Shown: positions 41,510-51,892 of the stretch, piece after piece
Layout of the letters: each line of letters begins with the position of its first letter
Numbering within the stretch: the first letter of the stretch is position 1
NCBI GenBank assembly: GCA_963826785.1
Contig: CAWGYD010000006.1
Location: 928,001 to 992,000, forward strand
Source of the DNA: an uncultured delta proteobacterium
Lineage (GTDB): Bacteria; Desulfobacterota; Desulfobacteria; Desulfobacterales; Desulfosalsimonadaceae
DNA: 64,000 bases
Direction of reading: 5' to 3'
Translations under genes and position numbers: made by a program
Notes under the pieces: model-generated
Database searches by the model: none
What the model was told of the DNA's origin: nothing
Seen by the model: the letters and a program-made list of their open reading frames with translations, nothing else

Positions 41510-43141
41510 ATGAGAATCGCACTGATCGCACCGCCGTATCCCCTGGAAGAAGTCCCCTCACCGCCGCTGGGCATCTGCTATGTGGCGGCCGCCTGCGAGG
41601 CCGCCGGCGCCGAGGTGAAGATATTCGACTACATTGTCAGCCGGTACAGTCCGGAAAAGCTCAAGGCCCAGCTGGATGAATTCTGCCCCGATGTGGTGGG
41701 CACCACGTCGGTTACCCTGAATTTTACGGCGGCTGCCCGGATTCTGTGTACGGCAAAATCGTTTCATCCGGATATCATTACCATCATGGGCGGCCCCCAT
41801 GTCACATTTCATGCAGAAGAGACGCTGAGAGCATATCCCGGCATCGATGTGGTCTTTCTGGGCGAGGCGGAAAATACGCTCCGGCAGTGGATCCCCCGGG
41901 CATTTGAACCTTCTTCCTGGGGCGGTATCAAGGGGCTGGCATTTAAGCGGCAAGGCGAATTTGTCAGCACGGGCCGGGGTGATTTCATAGAAGACCTCGA
42001 TGCCCTGCCGTTTCCCTCGCGGCATCTGCTGCCCCTGTCCCGATACCAGGCACTGGGGTTTCCCATCAGCATCATCACCAGCCGGGGGTGCCCCAACAAA
42101 TGCATTTTCTGCCTGGGCCGCAAGATGGTGGGATTCAAGGTCCGCTACCGGGACCCGAAGCTGATCGTGGATGAGATCGAAACCCTGGTGAATATGGGAT
42201 TTGATATCATCAACATCGCCGACGACCTGTTCACGGCCAACAAAAAGCGGGTGGCCATGATCTGCGAGGAGATCATCAAAAGGGACATCCGGTTTCTCTG
42301 GAGTGCATTTGCCCGGGTGGACACGGTTTCCAGGGAAGTGCTGGAACTGATGAAAAAGGCCGGCTGTTCGGCGGTGGGGTTTGGCATCGAATCCGGCAAT
42401 CCGGAGATGCTGAAACGCGTCAAAAAAGGGATCACGGTGGATCAGGCCCGGCAGGCAGTGGCGTTGTGCAGGGAGGTGGGGATGCGCGTTCATGCCTCGT
42501 TCATGGTGGGCCTGCCCGGCGAAACCCGCCAGACCCTTCAGGACAGCCTGAACCTGGTGCGGGAACTCGACATCGAACACGGATACCATTTTCTTTCTCC
42601 CTTTCCCGGCACCGATGTCCGGGAGCAGATTAAAGATTTTGATCTGCAGATCCTCACAGACGACTGGGAGCGGTATGACGCCAATTCCGCCATCGTCCAA
42701 ACCAGCGCGCTTACTCCCGAGGAGATGAACGCGTTTGCCCTGGAGGCATGCCGGCCCATGACGGACAAGTGGGAAAAGACCCAGTCGCGGGTCAAGGCGG
42801 GAAATGCAACGGATGCCGAGCGTCTGGAAGTCGAATGTTCAGACCGGCTCAACCTGATTTTTGAAATCCTTTCCAAGGACATGATCGAAGAGGCCGGTGT
42901 ATTTGCCCAGGATGGCCAAGACCCCGTGTTGCAGCTGTCGGGTGAGATCGCCCGCCGCACCGGCGGCGAACCGGATTTCATCTCCCGCTACATCCGGCTG
43001 TGGATGGAAAAAGGGTTCTTGGCCGTATCCTCCGGCAATGGGACGGTCACCTGGTCCTGGGCGCCTTCGGCTCTCCCGTTGGCGGGCGCCACCCGGACAG
43101 ATCCGTCCGAATGCCGGATTGCCGAGGGGCAGACCGCATAG
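41510..43141 (+). CDS. B12-binding radical SAM protein
   Basis: PPLGICYVAA, MGGPH, GEAE, TSRGCPNKCIFC, GIESG, VGLPGET. Confidence 0.92.
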   Translation: MRIALIAPPYPLEEVPSPPLGICYVAAACEAAGAEVKIFDYIVSRYSPEKLKAQLDEFCPDVVGTTSVTLNFTAAARILCTAKSFHPDIITIMGGPHVTFHAEETLRAYPGIDVVFLGEAENTLRQWIPRAFEPSSWGGIKGLAFKRQGEFVSTGRGDFIEDLDALPFPSRHLLPLSRYQALGFPISIITSRGCPNKCIFCLGRKMVGFKVRYRDPKLIVDEIETLVNMGFDIINIADDLFTANKKRVAMICEEIIKRDIRFLWSAFARVDTVSREVLELMKKAGCSAVGFGIESGNPEMLKRVKKGITVDQARQAVALCREVGMRVHASFMVGLPGETRQTLQDSLNLVRELDIEHGYHFLSPFPGTDVREQIKDFDLQILTDDWERYDANSAIVQTSALTPEEMNAFALEACRPMTDKWEKTQSRVKAGNATDAERLEVECSDRLNLIFEILSKDMIEEAGVFAQDGQDPVLQLSGEIARRTGGEPDFISRYIRLWMEKGFLAVSSGNGTVTWSWAPSALPLAGATRTDPSECRIAEGQTA

Positions 43142-43196
43142 GTGTGCCGGCGCCGGTTTAATTTTCATGGCCGGCCGGGATTTATTGAAGTGCCGA

Positions 43197-44126
43197 TTAT
43201 GACGGGTCGATCCGTTTGGCGACAATGGCGACCCACTCGTCCTCGACTGTGATCTCTACTGCAGCAAAGCCGCCTGCCGCCAGGGCGTCGAGCACCATCT
43301 GCTGTTTCGGATCGATGATTCCGGAGCAGATCAGGGTGCCGGCCGGTTTCAGGATCCGCCTGATGTCGGGGATCAGTTCCACAATGATTTCCGACAGAAT
43401 ATTGGCGGAAATCAGGTCAAACGTCTTGCTGACCGGATGGGCCAGATGCCCCGTTAAAAGTTGGTATCGATCATCCGGCACCTGATTCTTTAAAAGGTTT
43501 TCTCTGGCCACCTCAATGGCGACCTCATCGTTGTCGATCCCCGTGACGCTTGTAGCGCCCAGCTTATCCGCCGCCAGCAGAAGGATGCCCGAACCGGTGC
43601 CGATATCGAGAAAATGATCTCCCGGCTGAATATAATGTTCAATGAGCCGGATGCACATGGCGGTGGTGGGGTGGGTGCCGGTGCCAAAAGCCATCCCCGG
43701 GTCGATGGTGAGGATGATCTGGCCGGGTTGGGCCGCATACTCCCGCCAGGACGGCCTGATCACGATCCGTTTTGTGATCTGCACCGGATGGAAATGGGCC
43801 TTCCAGGAATGAGCCCAGTCCTGCTCGTCGATGTCGGTGTAAGAAATGGTATAGGAGAGGATTCCGGACTGATGAAGATCCGCCAGCCGCTGCTCAAGGA
43901 CCCGGCTCCGTTCGGCAAGCTGCGTGTTTCGGGGTAAATAGCCGGTGACCGCATGTCCGGAGGGCAGGTTTTCCGCTCCTTCGGCCCAGTCGAGGTCCGG
44001 CTCGGCATCCGGCGATTCAATGGCCACTCCCTGCAGGCCGAACCCGTCGAATATGTCTGAAATAAGATTGGCCGCGGTCTCGGGATCCGCCGCGGTGAAG
44101 CTGATTTTGGTTTCCACCCACTTCAT
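43197..44126 (-). CDS. prmA: Ribosomal protein L11 methyltransferase
   Basis: DWAHSWK, DPGMAFGTGTHPTT, LDIGTGSGIL, ANI, SGII. Confidence 0.95.
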   Translation of the reverse strand: MKWVETKISFTAADPETAANLISDIFDGFGLQGVAIESPDAEPDLDWAEGAENLPSGHAVTGYLPRNTQLAERSRVLEQRLADLHQSGILSYTISYTDIDEQDWAHSWKAHFHPVQITKRIVIRPSWREYAAQPGQIILTIDPGMAFGTGTHPTTAMCIRLIEHYIQPGDHFLDIGTGSGILLLAADKLGATSVTGIDNDEVAIEVARENLLKNQVPDDRYQLLTGHLAHPVSKTFDLISANILSEIIVELIPDIRRILKPAGTLICSGIIDPKQQMVLDALAAGGFAAVEITVEDEWVAIVAKRIDPS

Positions 44127-44142
44127 CGGCTTTTATGCCTTT

Positions 44143-45150
44143 CTATGCTTCGGGCCGCAGGATCTTTTCCAGTTGGGCCAGGTTGTCACTTTTTCCCATG
44201 GCAATGACCGTATCGCCGCCTTTGATCATGGTTTCATAAGAAGGATTGAACAGCATATCGCCGTCGGGCTTGCGGACCGCGATGATAATCAGGTTAAACT
44301 TCTGCCGGATACCGGAGTCCCTGAGCATCACGTTGGCCAGGGGAGACGCCGGATCCACCGGAATTTCATCCATCTGGATGTCCTTGCGGTTGTAGGCGAA
44401 CACCAGGTCCAGAAAAGAGGTGACGGATGGGCGGAGGAGCCGCTGAGCCATGCTCACCGCGCCGATCTCATAGGGGGATTCGACCCGGTTGGCCCCGGCC
44501 GCCATGAGTTTGCTCCGGGTGCGGATATTGCTGGAGCGGGCCAGGATGAAAATGTCGGGATTCAGCTGCCGGGCCGTCAGCACCAGAAATACATTGTCCG
44601 TGTCCGTGGCCAGGACGGCGATAATGGCCTTTGCATTTTGAATGCCGGCCTTGAGCAGGTTGTCCTCTTCGGAGGCATCCCCGTTGATGTACAATACGCC
44701 GTCTGAATCCATGGTTTCGATCAGCCGGGGGTCATTTTCAATCACCACCAGCTTGCTGGTGGGGTGGGCTAAAAAATGCATGCACAGGACCCGTCCGATC
44801 CGCCCATACCCGCAAACAATGTAATGCCCTTTCAGATTCTGAATTTTTTTGATCAAATTTCTCCTCCCCATGATGTCGCGGATGCGGCCCTCGATCATGA
44901 ACTGGACCAGGGAGCTTGCCACGAACAAAAACACCGCGACCCCGAAAAATACCAGTATGATGGTGAAAATCCGGCCGGCCTGACTCATCTGGTGAACTTC
45001 ACCGAACCCCACGGTGGTCAGGGTGATGACCGTCATGTATATGGAATCGAGTAGATTCCATCCCTCGATCATCATGTATCCCGCCGATCCCACTGTGAGA
45101 AAAATCAGGGACAGCATAATCGATATCAGCAGATGTCGTGCACTTACCAT
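44143..45150 (-). CDS. Potassium channel with TrkA-N/TrkA-C domains
   Basis: Selectivity filter TTVGFG, CGYGRIG RCK, FNP TrkA-C. Confidence 0.92.
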   Translation of the reverse strand: MVSARHLLISIMLSLIFLTVGSAGYMMIEGWNLLDSIYMTVITLTTVGFGEVHQMSQAGRIFTIILVFFGVAVFLFVASSLVQFMIEGRIRDIMGRRNLIKKIQNLKGHYIVCGYGRIGRVLCMHFLAHPTSKLVVIENDPRLIETMDSDGVLYINGDASEEDNLLKAGIQNAKAIIAVLATDTDNVFLVLTARQLNPDIFILARSSNIRTRSKLMAAGANRVESPYEIGAVSMAQRLLRPSVTSFLDLVFAYNRKDIQMDEIPVDPASPLANVMLRDSGIRQKFNLIIIAVRKPDGDMLFNPSYETMIKGGDTVIAMGKSDNLAQLEKILRPEA

Positions 45151-45426
45151 TTCAACCGTCTGTATTTATATGTTTATACGCACCATATGCGGGATCGCCT
45201 TAGAACACAAGCTATTTTGAAGAAACCGGGTTCGATTTTTTGGCCAGAATTTGATTTTAACGACGAAATTGAAATTGAGATTTGAGGCATATTTTGTTCG
45301 TGAATCGAACCGGATGAAACATTTGCCCCACGGGCACGGTCGAGCGAACCGGCAGCCCGCCAAATTTCCTGTTTTTACGCGTAATCACTTGACGGCCGAA
45401 GGATGAATTGCTAAAGGACAAAAGCC

Positions 45427-46086
45427 ATGTTCACAGATACCCGAAAATACCAGCGGCTGCGCGATTCGATGGTGGCCAACCAGTTGGAAAGCCGGGGCAT
45501 CACGGATGCCCGGGTGATTGCCGCCATGCGTGCCGTTCCACGCCATCTTTTCGTCAGCGAAGCGCTGATGGATCAGGCCTATGCCGATCACCCGCTTCCC
45601 ATCGGCGAGCAGCAGACCATTTCCCAACCCTTTATCGTGGCCCAGATGACCGAGGCGCTGCAGCTCCATGAAGACGACCGGGTGCTGGAAATCGGCACCG
45701 GCTCGGGCTATCAGGCGGCCATTGTCGCCCGTCTCGCTTACCGGGTTTATACCATAGAGCGAAACCGCGCGCTTCATCTTCAGGCCCGGAAAGTATTTGA
45801 CGAACTCCAGCTTTACAACATCGTGACCCGGTATTCCGACGGCACCAAGGGATGGAAGGAAGAAAGCCCCTTCGATGCCATTATCGTAACGGCCGGGGCC
45901 CCGGGTATTCCATGGCCGCTGGTGGATCAGCTGGCCGTGGGCGGCCGGATGATTATTCCGGTGGGGGATGTTCATGCACAGGAGCTTATCAAGCTGTGCC
46001 GGGATGAAGAGGGCGTTCACCAGGCGGTTCTGGGCGAATGCCGGTTTGTTAAACTGGTGGGTGAACACGGATGGGGGGAAGAATGA
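45427..46086 (+). CDS. pcm: Protein-L-isoaspartate O-methyltransferase
   Basis: VPRHLF, QTISQP, LEIGTGSGYQAA, PFDAIIVTA. Confidence 0.96.
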   Translation: MFTDTRKYQRLRDSMVANQLESRGITDARVIAAMRAVPRHLFVSEALMDQAYADHPLPIGEQQTISQPFIVAQMTEALQLHEDDRVLEIGTGSGYQAAIVARLAYRVYTIERNRALHLQARKVFDELQLYNIVTRYSDGTKGWKEESPFDAIIVTAGAPGIPWPLVDQLAVGGRMIIPVGDVHAQELIKLCRDEEGVHQAVLGECRFVKLVGEHGWGEE

Positions 46087-47063
46087 GCCGCAGACCGGCC
46101 CTTTCATGGAAACAGGCATTTTACGCCAGTCCGGGACCGCGTTCCCTTAAAGAGGCGTTGATGCTGGCGCTCAAGGGGGTGTGCATGGGGTCGGCCGATA
46201 TCGTTCCCGGCGTCTCCGGCGGCACCATCGCCCTGATCACCGGCATTTACGAAGACCTGCTGACAGCCATTAAATCGGTGGATTTCACCATGATCCGGCG
46301 CCTGGCGGTATTCGATTTAAAAGGCGCACTGGCCGAGTTTCACCTCAGGTTCCTCCTGTCCCTCTTCCTGGGCATCGGGCTGGCTATCCTCAGCCTGGCC
46401 CGGCTGATGAATTATCTGCTTCATCATCATCCCACCCCTACCTGGAGCCTGTTTTTCGGACTGATCGCCGCATCGGTCTGGGTGGTGGGCCGCAAGGTGG
46501 AAAAATGGAGCCCGGGAGCGGTCGTCATGCTGATCGGCGGGGCTGCCGCCGGTTATATGATCGTCGCCCTGGTGCCGGCCGCCACTCCTGAAACCATGGA
46601 TTTCGTGTTCTTATCGGGACTGGTGGCCATCTGCGCCATGATCCTGCCGGGCATCAGCGGCGCTTTTATTCTGCTGATCCTGGGCAAGTATGAATTTATT
46701 ACCGCCACTTTGAAAAACCCTTTTCTGCTTTCCAACCTGGAGATCATTGCGGTGTTTCTGGCCGGGTGCGTGGTGGGGCTGGCCGGATTTTCACGGGTGC
46801 TCAAATATATGCTGGAGCACTACCACGGGCTGTCCCTGGCATTCCTCACCGGATTGATGGCCGGTTCCATGAGAAAAATCTGGCCGTTCAAGGATACGCT
46901 GGAAACCGCCTGGATCGGCGGAAAAGAAGTGGTGATCCGTCAGCACAACATCCTGCCCGACAGCATTACCTCGGAAGTGGCATTCGCCGTTTTCCTGATG
47001 GTCGTGGGTTTTACGGCAGTGGCCTTTCTGGAGCGCCTGACGGCCGGGGAAAAGACGGCCTAG
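46083..47063 (+). CDS. DUF368 membrane protein
   Basis: MGSADIVPGVSGGTIALITGIY and AMILPGISG repeats. Confidence 0.9.
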   Translation: MSRRPALSWKQAFYASPGPRSLKEALMLALKGVCMGSADIVPGVSGGTIALITGIYEDLLTAIKSVDFTMIRRLAVFDLKGALAEFHLRFLLSLFLGIGLAILSLARLMNYLLHHHPTPTWSLFFGLIAASVWVVGRKVEKWSPGAVVMLIGGAAAGYMIVALVPAATPETMDFVFLSGLVAICAMILPGISGAFILLILGKYEFITATLKNPFLLSNLEIIAVFLAGCVVGLAGFSRVLKYMLEHYHGLSLAFLTGLMAGSMRKIWPFKDTLETAWIGGKEVVIRQHNILPDSITSEVAFAVFLMVVGFTAVAFLERLTAGEKTA

Positions 47064-47563
47064 TCGGCGGCGTTCATCAGGTTGAATTTTTCCACCAGCT
47101 TTTTCCGGACGACCGGGGGCACCATGGAGTTGATGTCCCCGCCGAATTTGGCGGCTTCCTTGATGATGGAGGAACTGGTGAAAATCCACCGGAGCCCGGT
47201 CATGAGAAATACGGTCTGGATATCCCGGTTGAGTTTGCGGTTCATCAGCGCCATCTGGAATTCATACTCGAAGTCCGAAACCGCCCGCATTCCCCTCAAG
47301 ATTGCATGTGCCTCCCGTTTAACCGCGTAATCCACCAGCAACCCCCCATAGGAGGCGATCTCCACCTGATGGAATCCCTTCAGTGATTTCTTCAGCAGAT
47401 CCATCCGTTCTTCCACGGTAAAGAGGGTCTGCTTGGCCGGATTCTCCAGGATGGTCACGATGATCTTGTCAAAGAGGCACAGTCCCCGGGTGATGATGTC
47501 GATGTGTCCGTTGGTGACCGGATCGAAAGATCCGGGGTAGATGGCGGTGCGGCACATAGGCAA
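47060..47563 (-). CDS. coaD: Phosphopantetheine adenylyltransferase
   Basis: YPGSFDPVTNGH, RGMRAVSDFEYE, SSSIIKE. Confidence 0.97.
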   Translation of the reverse strand: MPMCRTAIYPGSFDPVTNGHIDIITRGLCLFDKIIVTILENPAKQTLFTVEERMDLLKKSLKGFHQVEIASYGGLLVDYAVKREAHAILRGMRAVSDFEYEFQMALMNRKLNRDIQTVFLMTGLRWIFTSSSIIKEAAKFGGDINSMVPPVVRKKLVEKFNLMNAAD

Positions 47564-47598
47564 CCTCTTTCATTGAAAATTGAGCAGCGTCAGGGTCA

Positions 47599-48159
47599 TC
47601 ACGAAACTATCATGAATGACAAAAAGGACACAAGCGTTTTCCCGTATTTGCGCTGGTCGTAAAGTTCATAGGCATCCGAGGGCACATCAAACGGGTCGTC
47701 TGCGGCATGCTCGACTATCAGGGACGCCCCGTCCACCAGGGCGCCGGTTCGGGCCAGATTCGACAGGGCGGGGAAAACAGCCTTTCGATGATAGGGCGGA
47801 TCCATGAAGATCAGATCGAACAGGGGGGTGCCCGCCCGGATACAGTTCAGGTTTTTGAGGATGTCCCATTGGATCAGCCGGGCAGCGCCTTCCTGGCCGC
47901 AGGCGCGGATATTGCGCTCGATCACCCGGAGGGCAGGGGCGGAATTTTCGATGAACACGGCAGATCGTGCATTCCGGCTCAGCGCCTCCAATCCGAAAGC
48001 CCCGGTGCCGGCAAAAAGATCGAGCACTGCGGCGCCCGGCACCTGTGCGGATATGATGTTGAAGATGGCCTCCCGGACCCGGTCGGCCGTCGGCCGGGTG
48101 GCGGCGCCGGCGACACTGACCAGTTTTTTCCCCTTGCATTTGCCGGAAATGATGCGCAT
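47599..48159 (-). CDS. rsmD: 16S rRNA m2G966 methyltransferase
   Basis: MRIISG, RPTADRVREA, LDLFAGTG, DPPY. Confidence 0.95.
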   Translation of the reverse strand: MRIISGKCKGKKLVSVAGAATRPTADRVREAIFNIISAQVPGAAVLDLFAGTGAFGLEALSRNARSAVFIENSAPALRVIERNIRACGQEGAARLIQWDILKNLNCIRAGTPLFDLIFMDPPYHRKAVFPALSNLARTGALVDGASLIVEHAADDPFDVPSDAYELYDQRKYGKTLVSFLSFMIVS

Positions 48160-48170
48160 CGCGCGGTCTT

Positions 48171-49529
48171 TTAAGAAGCCTTGAACTGTCTGGCCACCTT
48201 CTGGAGCTGGCTTTTGTCGATGCCGGTGAGCTTGGCCGTCCGGGCGACGTTATACGCATTTTCATCCAGTTTCCGCTGGATGAATTCGGCTTCAAAGGCT
48301 TTGCGGGCATCCTTGAAGGAGTCGATGGCCCAGACGGCCGACCGGGGAGCAGGGGAGACGCCTGCCGGCGCGGCGTAGAATGCCGGAATGTCGCCCCCAT
48401 CGATAATTTCTGCATTAACCATGATTTCAAGTCGTTCCAATAGATTTTTGAGCTCCCGGACATTTCCCGGCCAGGGGTACTGCTGCAGAAGCGCGATGGC
48501 CTCGGGGGTCATCTCCTTGGGCGCTGATCCGCTGTTCTGGGAGATCTGGGACAGAAAGAACCGGACCAGTTCCGGGATATCTTCCAACCGGTCCCGCAGG
48601 GGGGGGACATGGATGGGGATCACGTTGAGCCGGTAGTACAGGTCTTGTCTGAACCGGCCGGCGGCGATCTCATCTTCGAGGTTCCGGCTGGTGGCGGCGA
48701 TCACGCGCAGATCGATGACCAGCGTCCGGCTGCCGCCGATCCGCTGGAATTTCTTTTCATCCAGGATGCGCAGGATAATCCCCTGGGTCTTTAAATCCAT
48801 GTCGCCGATCTCATCAAAAAAGAGGGTACCCTGGTGGGCCAGTTCAAATTTGCCGATTTTCCGGGCCGTGCAGTCGGCAAAAGCCCCTTTTTCATATCCG
48901 AGCAGCTCCCGTTCTGCCGTTTCTTCCGACAGTGCCGAGCAGTTGACATCGATCAGGGGTTTGTCCGAGCGGGGGCTGAGCTGATGGACCATCTTGGCCA
49001 CCAGTTCCTTTCCGGTGCCGTGTTCCCCGGTGATCAGCACCCAGGCCTCCGTCGGGGCGGCAATGGCGATCTGCTTTTTTATGTCCATGATGGATGCGCT
49101 GTGGCCGTTGATGGCATTTTTCTCAATGGTTTTCTTGCGCAAATATTGGTTTTCTTCTTCCAACCGCCTGAAATTAAGCGCATTGTTGATGGCCACGATC
49201 ACCTTGTCAATGGAGATCGGTTTTTCAATGAAGTCATAAGCGCCGATTTTGGTCGCATTGACGGCCGTTTCGATGGTGCCGTGGCCGGTAATCATAATCA
49301 CCGGCAGGGTGGGATGAAGTTTCTTGATTTCCTTTAGCGTATCGATCCCGTCCATCCCGGGCATCCAGATATCGAGAAGCACCAGGTCGGAGGATTCTGC
49401 CTCGAGGATTTTCAACGCCTCATACCCGTTGGTGGCGGTTTCGGTTTCAAAACCCTCGTCAGACAGGATGCCGCTCAAGGATTTCAGGATGGACTGCTCA
49501 TCATCTACGATCAGGATGGAGGGAAACAT
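48171..49529 (-). CDS. ntrX: NtrX-like response regulator (REC-AAA+-HTH)
   Basis: LDIWMP, SGH-like TGHG, GEHGTGKE, DEIGDM, WPGNVREL; GAFTGA replaced by GAFADC. Confidence 0.85.
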   Translation of the reverse strand: MFPSILIVDDEQSILKSLSGILSDEGFETETATNGYEALKILEAESSDLVLLDIWMPGMDGIDTLKEIKKLHPTLPVIMITGHGTIETAVNATKIGAYDFIEKPISIDKVIVAINNALNFRRLEEENQYLRKKTIEKNAINGHSASIMDIKKQIAIAAPTEAWVLITGEHGTGKELVAKMVHQLSPRSDKPLIDVNCSALSEETAERELLGYEKGAFADCTARKIGKFELAHQGTLFFDEIGDMDLKTQGIILRILDEKKFQRIGGSRTLVIDLRVIAATSRNLEDEIAAGRFRQDLYYRLNVIPIHVPPLRDRLEDIPELVRFFLSQISQNSGSAPKEMTPEAIALLQQYPWPGNVRELKNLLERLEIMVNAEIIDGGDIPAFYAAPAGVSPAPRSAVWAIDSFKDARKAFEAEFIQRKLDENAYNVARTAKLTGIDKSQLQKVARQFKAS

Positions 49530-49627
49530 TCACTTAAACTCCTTCTGTGTAAGTCTTCAGGCTGAAGGGCGGGTGGATTTCAATCATATTTGACCTTCAG
49601 CCAAAGTCTCCTTCTGTTCGGCCGAAT

Positions 49628-51892
49628 TCAGACCGGCAGTTCGATGACAAACCGGGCCCCCTTCGGCTGGTTGTCTTCGGCATATATTCTTCCGTTGTGG
49701 TCATTGATGATGGTGCTGACAATCGCCAGCCCCAATCCCATGCCCGATTTTTTGGTGGTGAAATCCGGATCGAACAGATACGGCTTTTCGTTATTGGCAA
49801 TGCCGATGCCGGTGTCGGCGATCACGATCTGGACCTTTTTGGCCTCAGGATCGAAAGATGCCGCTATGGTGATGACGCCTCTGGTTTTAATGGCGGCAAT
49901 GGCATTATCGACGAGGTTGATGAAGGTTTGCTTGATCTGCTGCCGGTCCAGGTTCAAGACCGGAAGATCATCTGGTATGTTAATATCGAAGGTGATATTC
50001 GGGCGGCCTTCCTTAAACAGCGTCACCGTGTCGGCAATAATCGGCGCCAGGGCGCTGGGTTCCGGGTTTGCGGTGGGAAACCGCGCAAAAGCGGAAAACT
50101 CATTGACCAGGTTGCGGATGAGTTCCGTATGGTCGATGATGGTCTGGGTGCATTCCTCGAAGACCGGATCATCGATGACCGATTTGTACTTGCGTTTCAG
50201 CCGCTGGGCGGAAAGCGAAATGGGGGTCAGGGGGTTTTTCACCTCGTGGGCGATCCGGCGGGCCACTTCCCGCCAGGCGGCCATCCGCTGGGCCTTTTCG
50301 ATCTCGGTCATGTCGTCAAACACCATCACCAGGCCGATCTGCGCCCCGTTGTCATCCTTGAGGGAGTTGAAATTGACCTTGAAGCTTCTGGGTTTTGCCC
50401 CGATGGTCATGGAAATGGACTTGGACAGGCTCTCTTCCCGCCGGTTCCAGAACCGGTCCTGTATCTCGTCGGCCAGTTCCCGGTTCTGGTCCTTCAATAT
50501 ATGCGTATAACTTTTCCGGATGATGTTTTCGGCCCCGATGTTCAGCATCTTTTCGGCGGAATCATTGATGGTGGTGACCATGCCCCGGGAATCCAGGGAG
50601 ATCACCCCGGTGGAGACATTGTTCAATACGATTTCCATGTAGCGCCGCCGCTCCTCGATCTCGATATTCTGGTCGAAGAGCTTGCGGGCGGAAAGCTCCA
50701 GTTCCTTTCGGGAAAAGCGCAGGTCCCGGGTCATCTTGTTGAAGGAGTCCACCAGCGTCTTGATTTCGTCATCGGCCACCACGTTGATGTTATAGGTCAG
50801 GTCTCCCCCTGCCACCCGGTGGGTGGCTTCGGCGAGTTCCATAATGGGCACGGTGATGGTCTTGGAAAAGTACATGCCGAACCAGATGGCGCAGAACACC
50901 ACCAGCAGGGCGACGATGGAAAGGGTGATGTAATAGAAGAACTGCACCGGCTGCTTAAGCATTTTGGTCTGCTGGTACTCTTCATACCCCTGGGAAATGG
51001 AGGCGAGATTATTCACCAGGTTGGGGGGCAGCAGGACGCTGATGGCCACAAAGCCTTCAATGTCGTCGCCTTTGGCGCCATAGGGAATAGCGGAAATATT
51101 GCGGACTACCTCCCCGGAGGCGATATTTTCCGACGCCGACCAGGAAGCCGCATCGATTTGCATCCCCCGCCTGAGCACGTCGGTGTCCAGCGGCCCAAAC
51201 ATTTTGTCCCCCAGAGTGGGAGTTATCGAATAGGCCAGTCGATTGAAATTCCGGTCGTAGGCTTCCACCGCATTGAGATTAAAAGCCCGCTGGATCACCT
51301 GGACATAGTTGGCCAGTTCCGCGCTGTTTTGGGGCGTCAGCAGTTTTCGGCTGTCGATCTGGTATGCGGCCTTGTCCAGGAAAAAGGTGTTGTTCTGCTC
51401 CACCAGGGCATAGAGATTGCGCCCCACGGCCAGCGAGTTTTTCAGCGCCTGGTCCACGGGCACTTTGTACCAGAATTCGATGCTCGACGTAATGAAGTTG
51501 ATGGAAAAAAAGAACAAAACGGTGGTGGGCAGAAGGGTCAGCGCGGTAAACGCCATCACCAGCTTGGTCCTCAGCCGGCTCCCCTCGACGTTGCGCCGCC
51601 GCTCGTAGAAAAGTTTCACCAGATTGCGGAAAACCAAAAATATCAGCAGCAGGATCAGCAGCATGTTGATATTGGTGAGGATAAACATCATCACCATGTT
51701 GGAAACGGGGATATCGCCGCTGTGCCGCCAGGAGCGAATGGTGAAAAACGAAATCAGCAGCACCATTGCAAATACGGATCCGATGATCACATATTCCCGT
51801 TTCCGGCGGCGGCGCTCGCCTTTTTCAAGAAAAGGGGCGGGGTCCTTGTAACGGTTGGGATTTAACGGTTTGCGGTTTGACCATCTATTCAT
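49628..51892 (-). CDS. ntrY: NtrY-like sensor histidine kinase (TM-HAMP-PAS-HisKA-HATPase)
   Basis: AWREVARRIAHEVKNPLTPI, NLVDNA, DTGIG, GMGLGL. Confidence 0.88.
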   Translation of the reverse strand: MNRWSNRKPLNPNRYKDPAPFLEKGERRRRKREYVIIGSVFAMVLLISFFTIRSWRHSGDIPVSNMVMMFILTNINMLLILLLIFLVFRNLVKLFYERRRNVEGSRLRTKLVMAFTALTLLPTTVLFFFSINFITSSIEFWYKVPVDQALKNSLAVGRNLYALVEQNNTFFLDKAAYQIDSRKLLTPQNSAELANYVQVIQRAFNLNAVEAYDRNFNRLAYSITPTLGDKMFGPLDTDVLRRGMQIDAASWSASENIASGEVVRNISAIPYGAKGDDIEGFVAISVLLPPNLVNNLASISQGYEEYQQTKMLKQPVQFFYYITLSIVALLVVFCAIWFGMYFSKTITVPIMELAEATHRVAGGDLTYNINVVADDEIKTLVDSFNKMTRDLRFSRKELELSARKLFDQNIEIEERRRYMEIVLNNVSTGVISLDSRGMVTTINDSAEKMLNIGAENIIRKSYTHILKDQNRELADEIQDRFWNRREESLSKSISMTIGAKPRSFKVNFNSLKDDNGAQIGLVMVFDDMTEIEKAQRMAAWREVARRIAHEVKNPLTPISLSAQRLKRKYKSVIDDPVFEECTQTIIDHTELIRNLVNEFSAFARFPTANPEPSALAPIIADTVTLFKEGRPNITFDINIPDDLPVLNLDRQQIKQTFINLVDNAIAAIKTRGVITIAASFDPEAKKVQIVIADTGIGIANNEKPYLFDPDFTTKKSGMGLGLAIVSTIINDHNGRIYAEDNQPKGARFVIELPV

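Noticed and set aside
49697..51865. Long antisense ORFs (also 2052-3272, 14653-16032, 17049-18227, 41558-42700, 58242-59408)
   Set aside because: They are shadows of well-identified genes, produced by GC-rich codon bias, and have no recognisable motifs.
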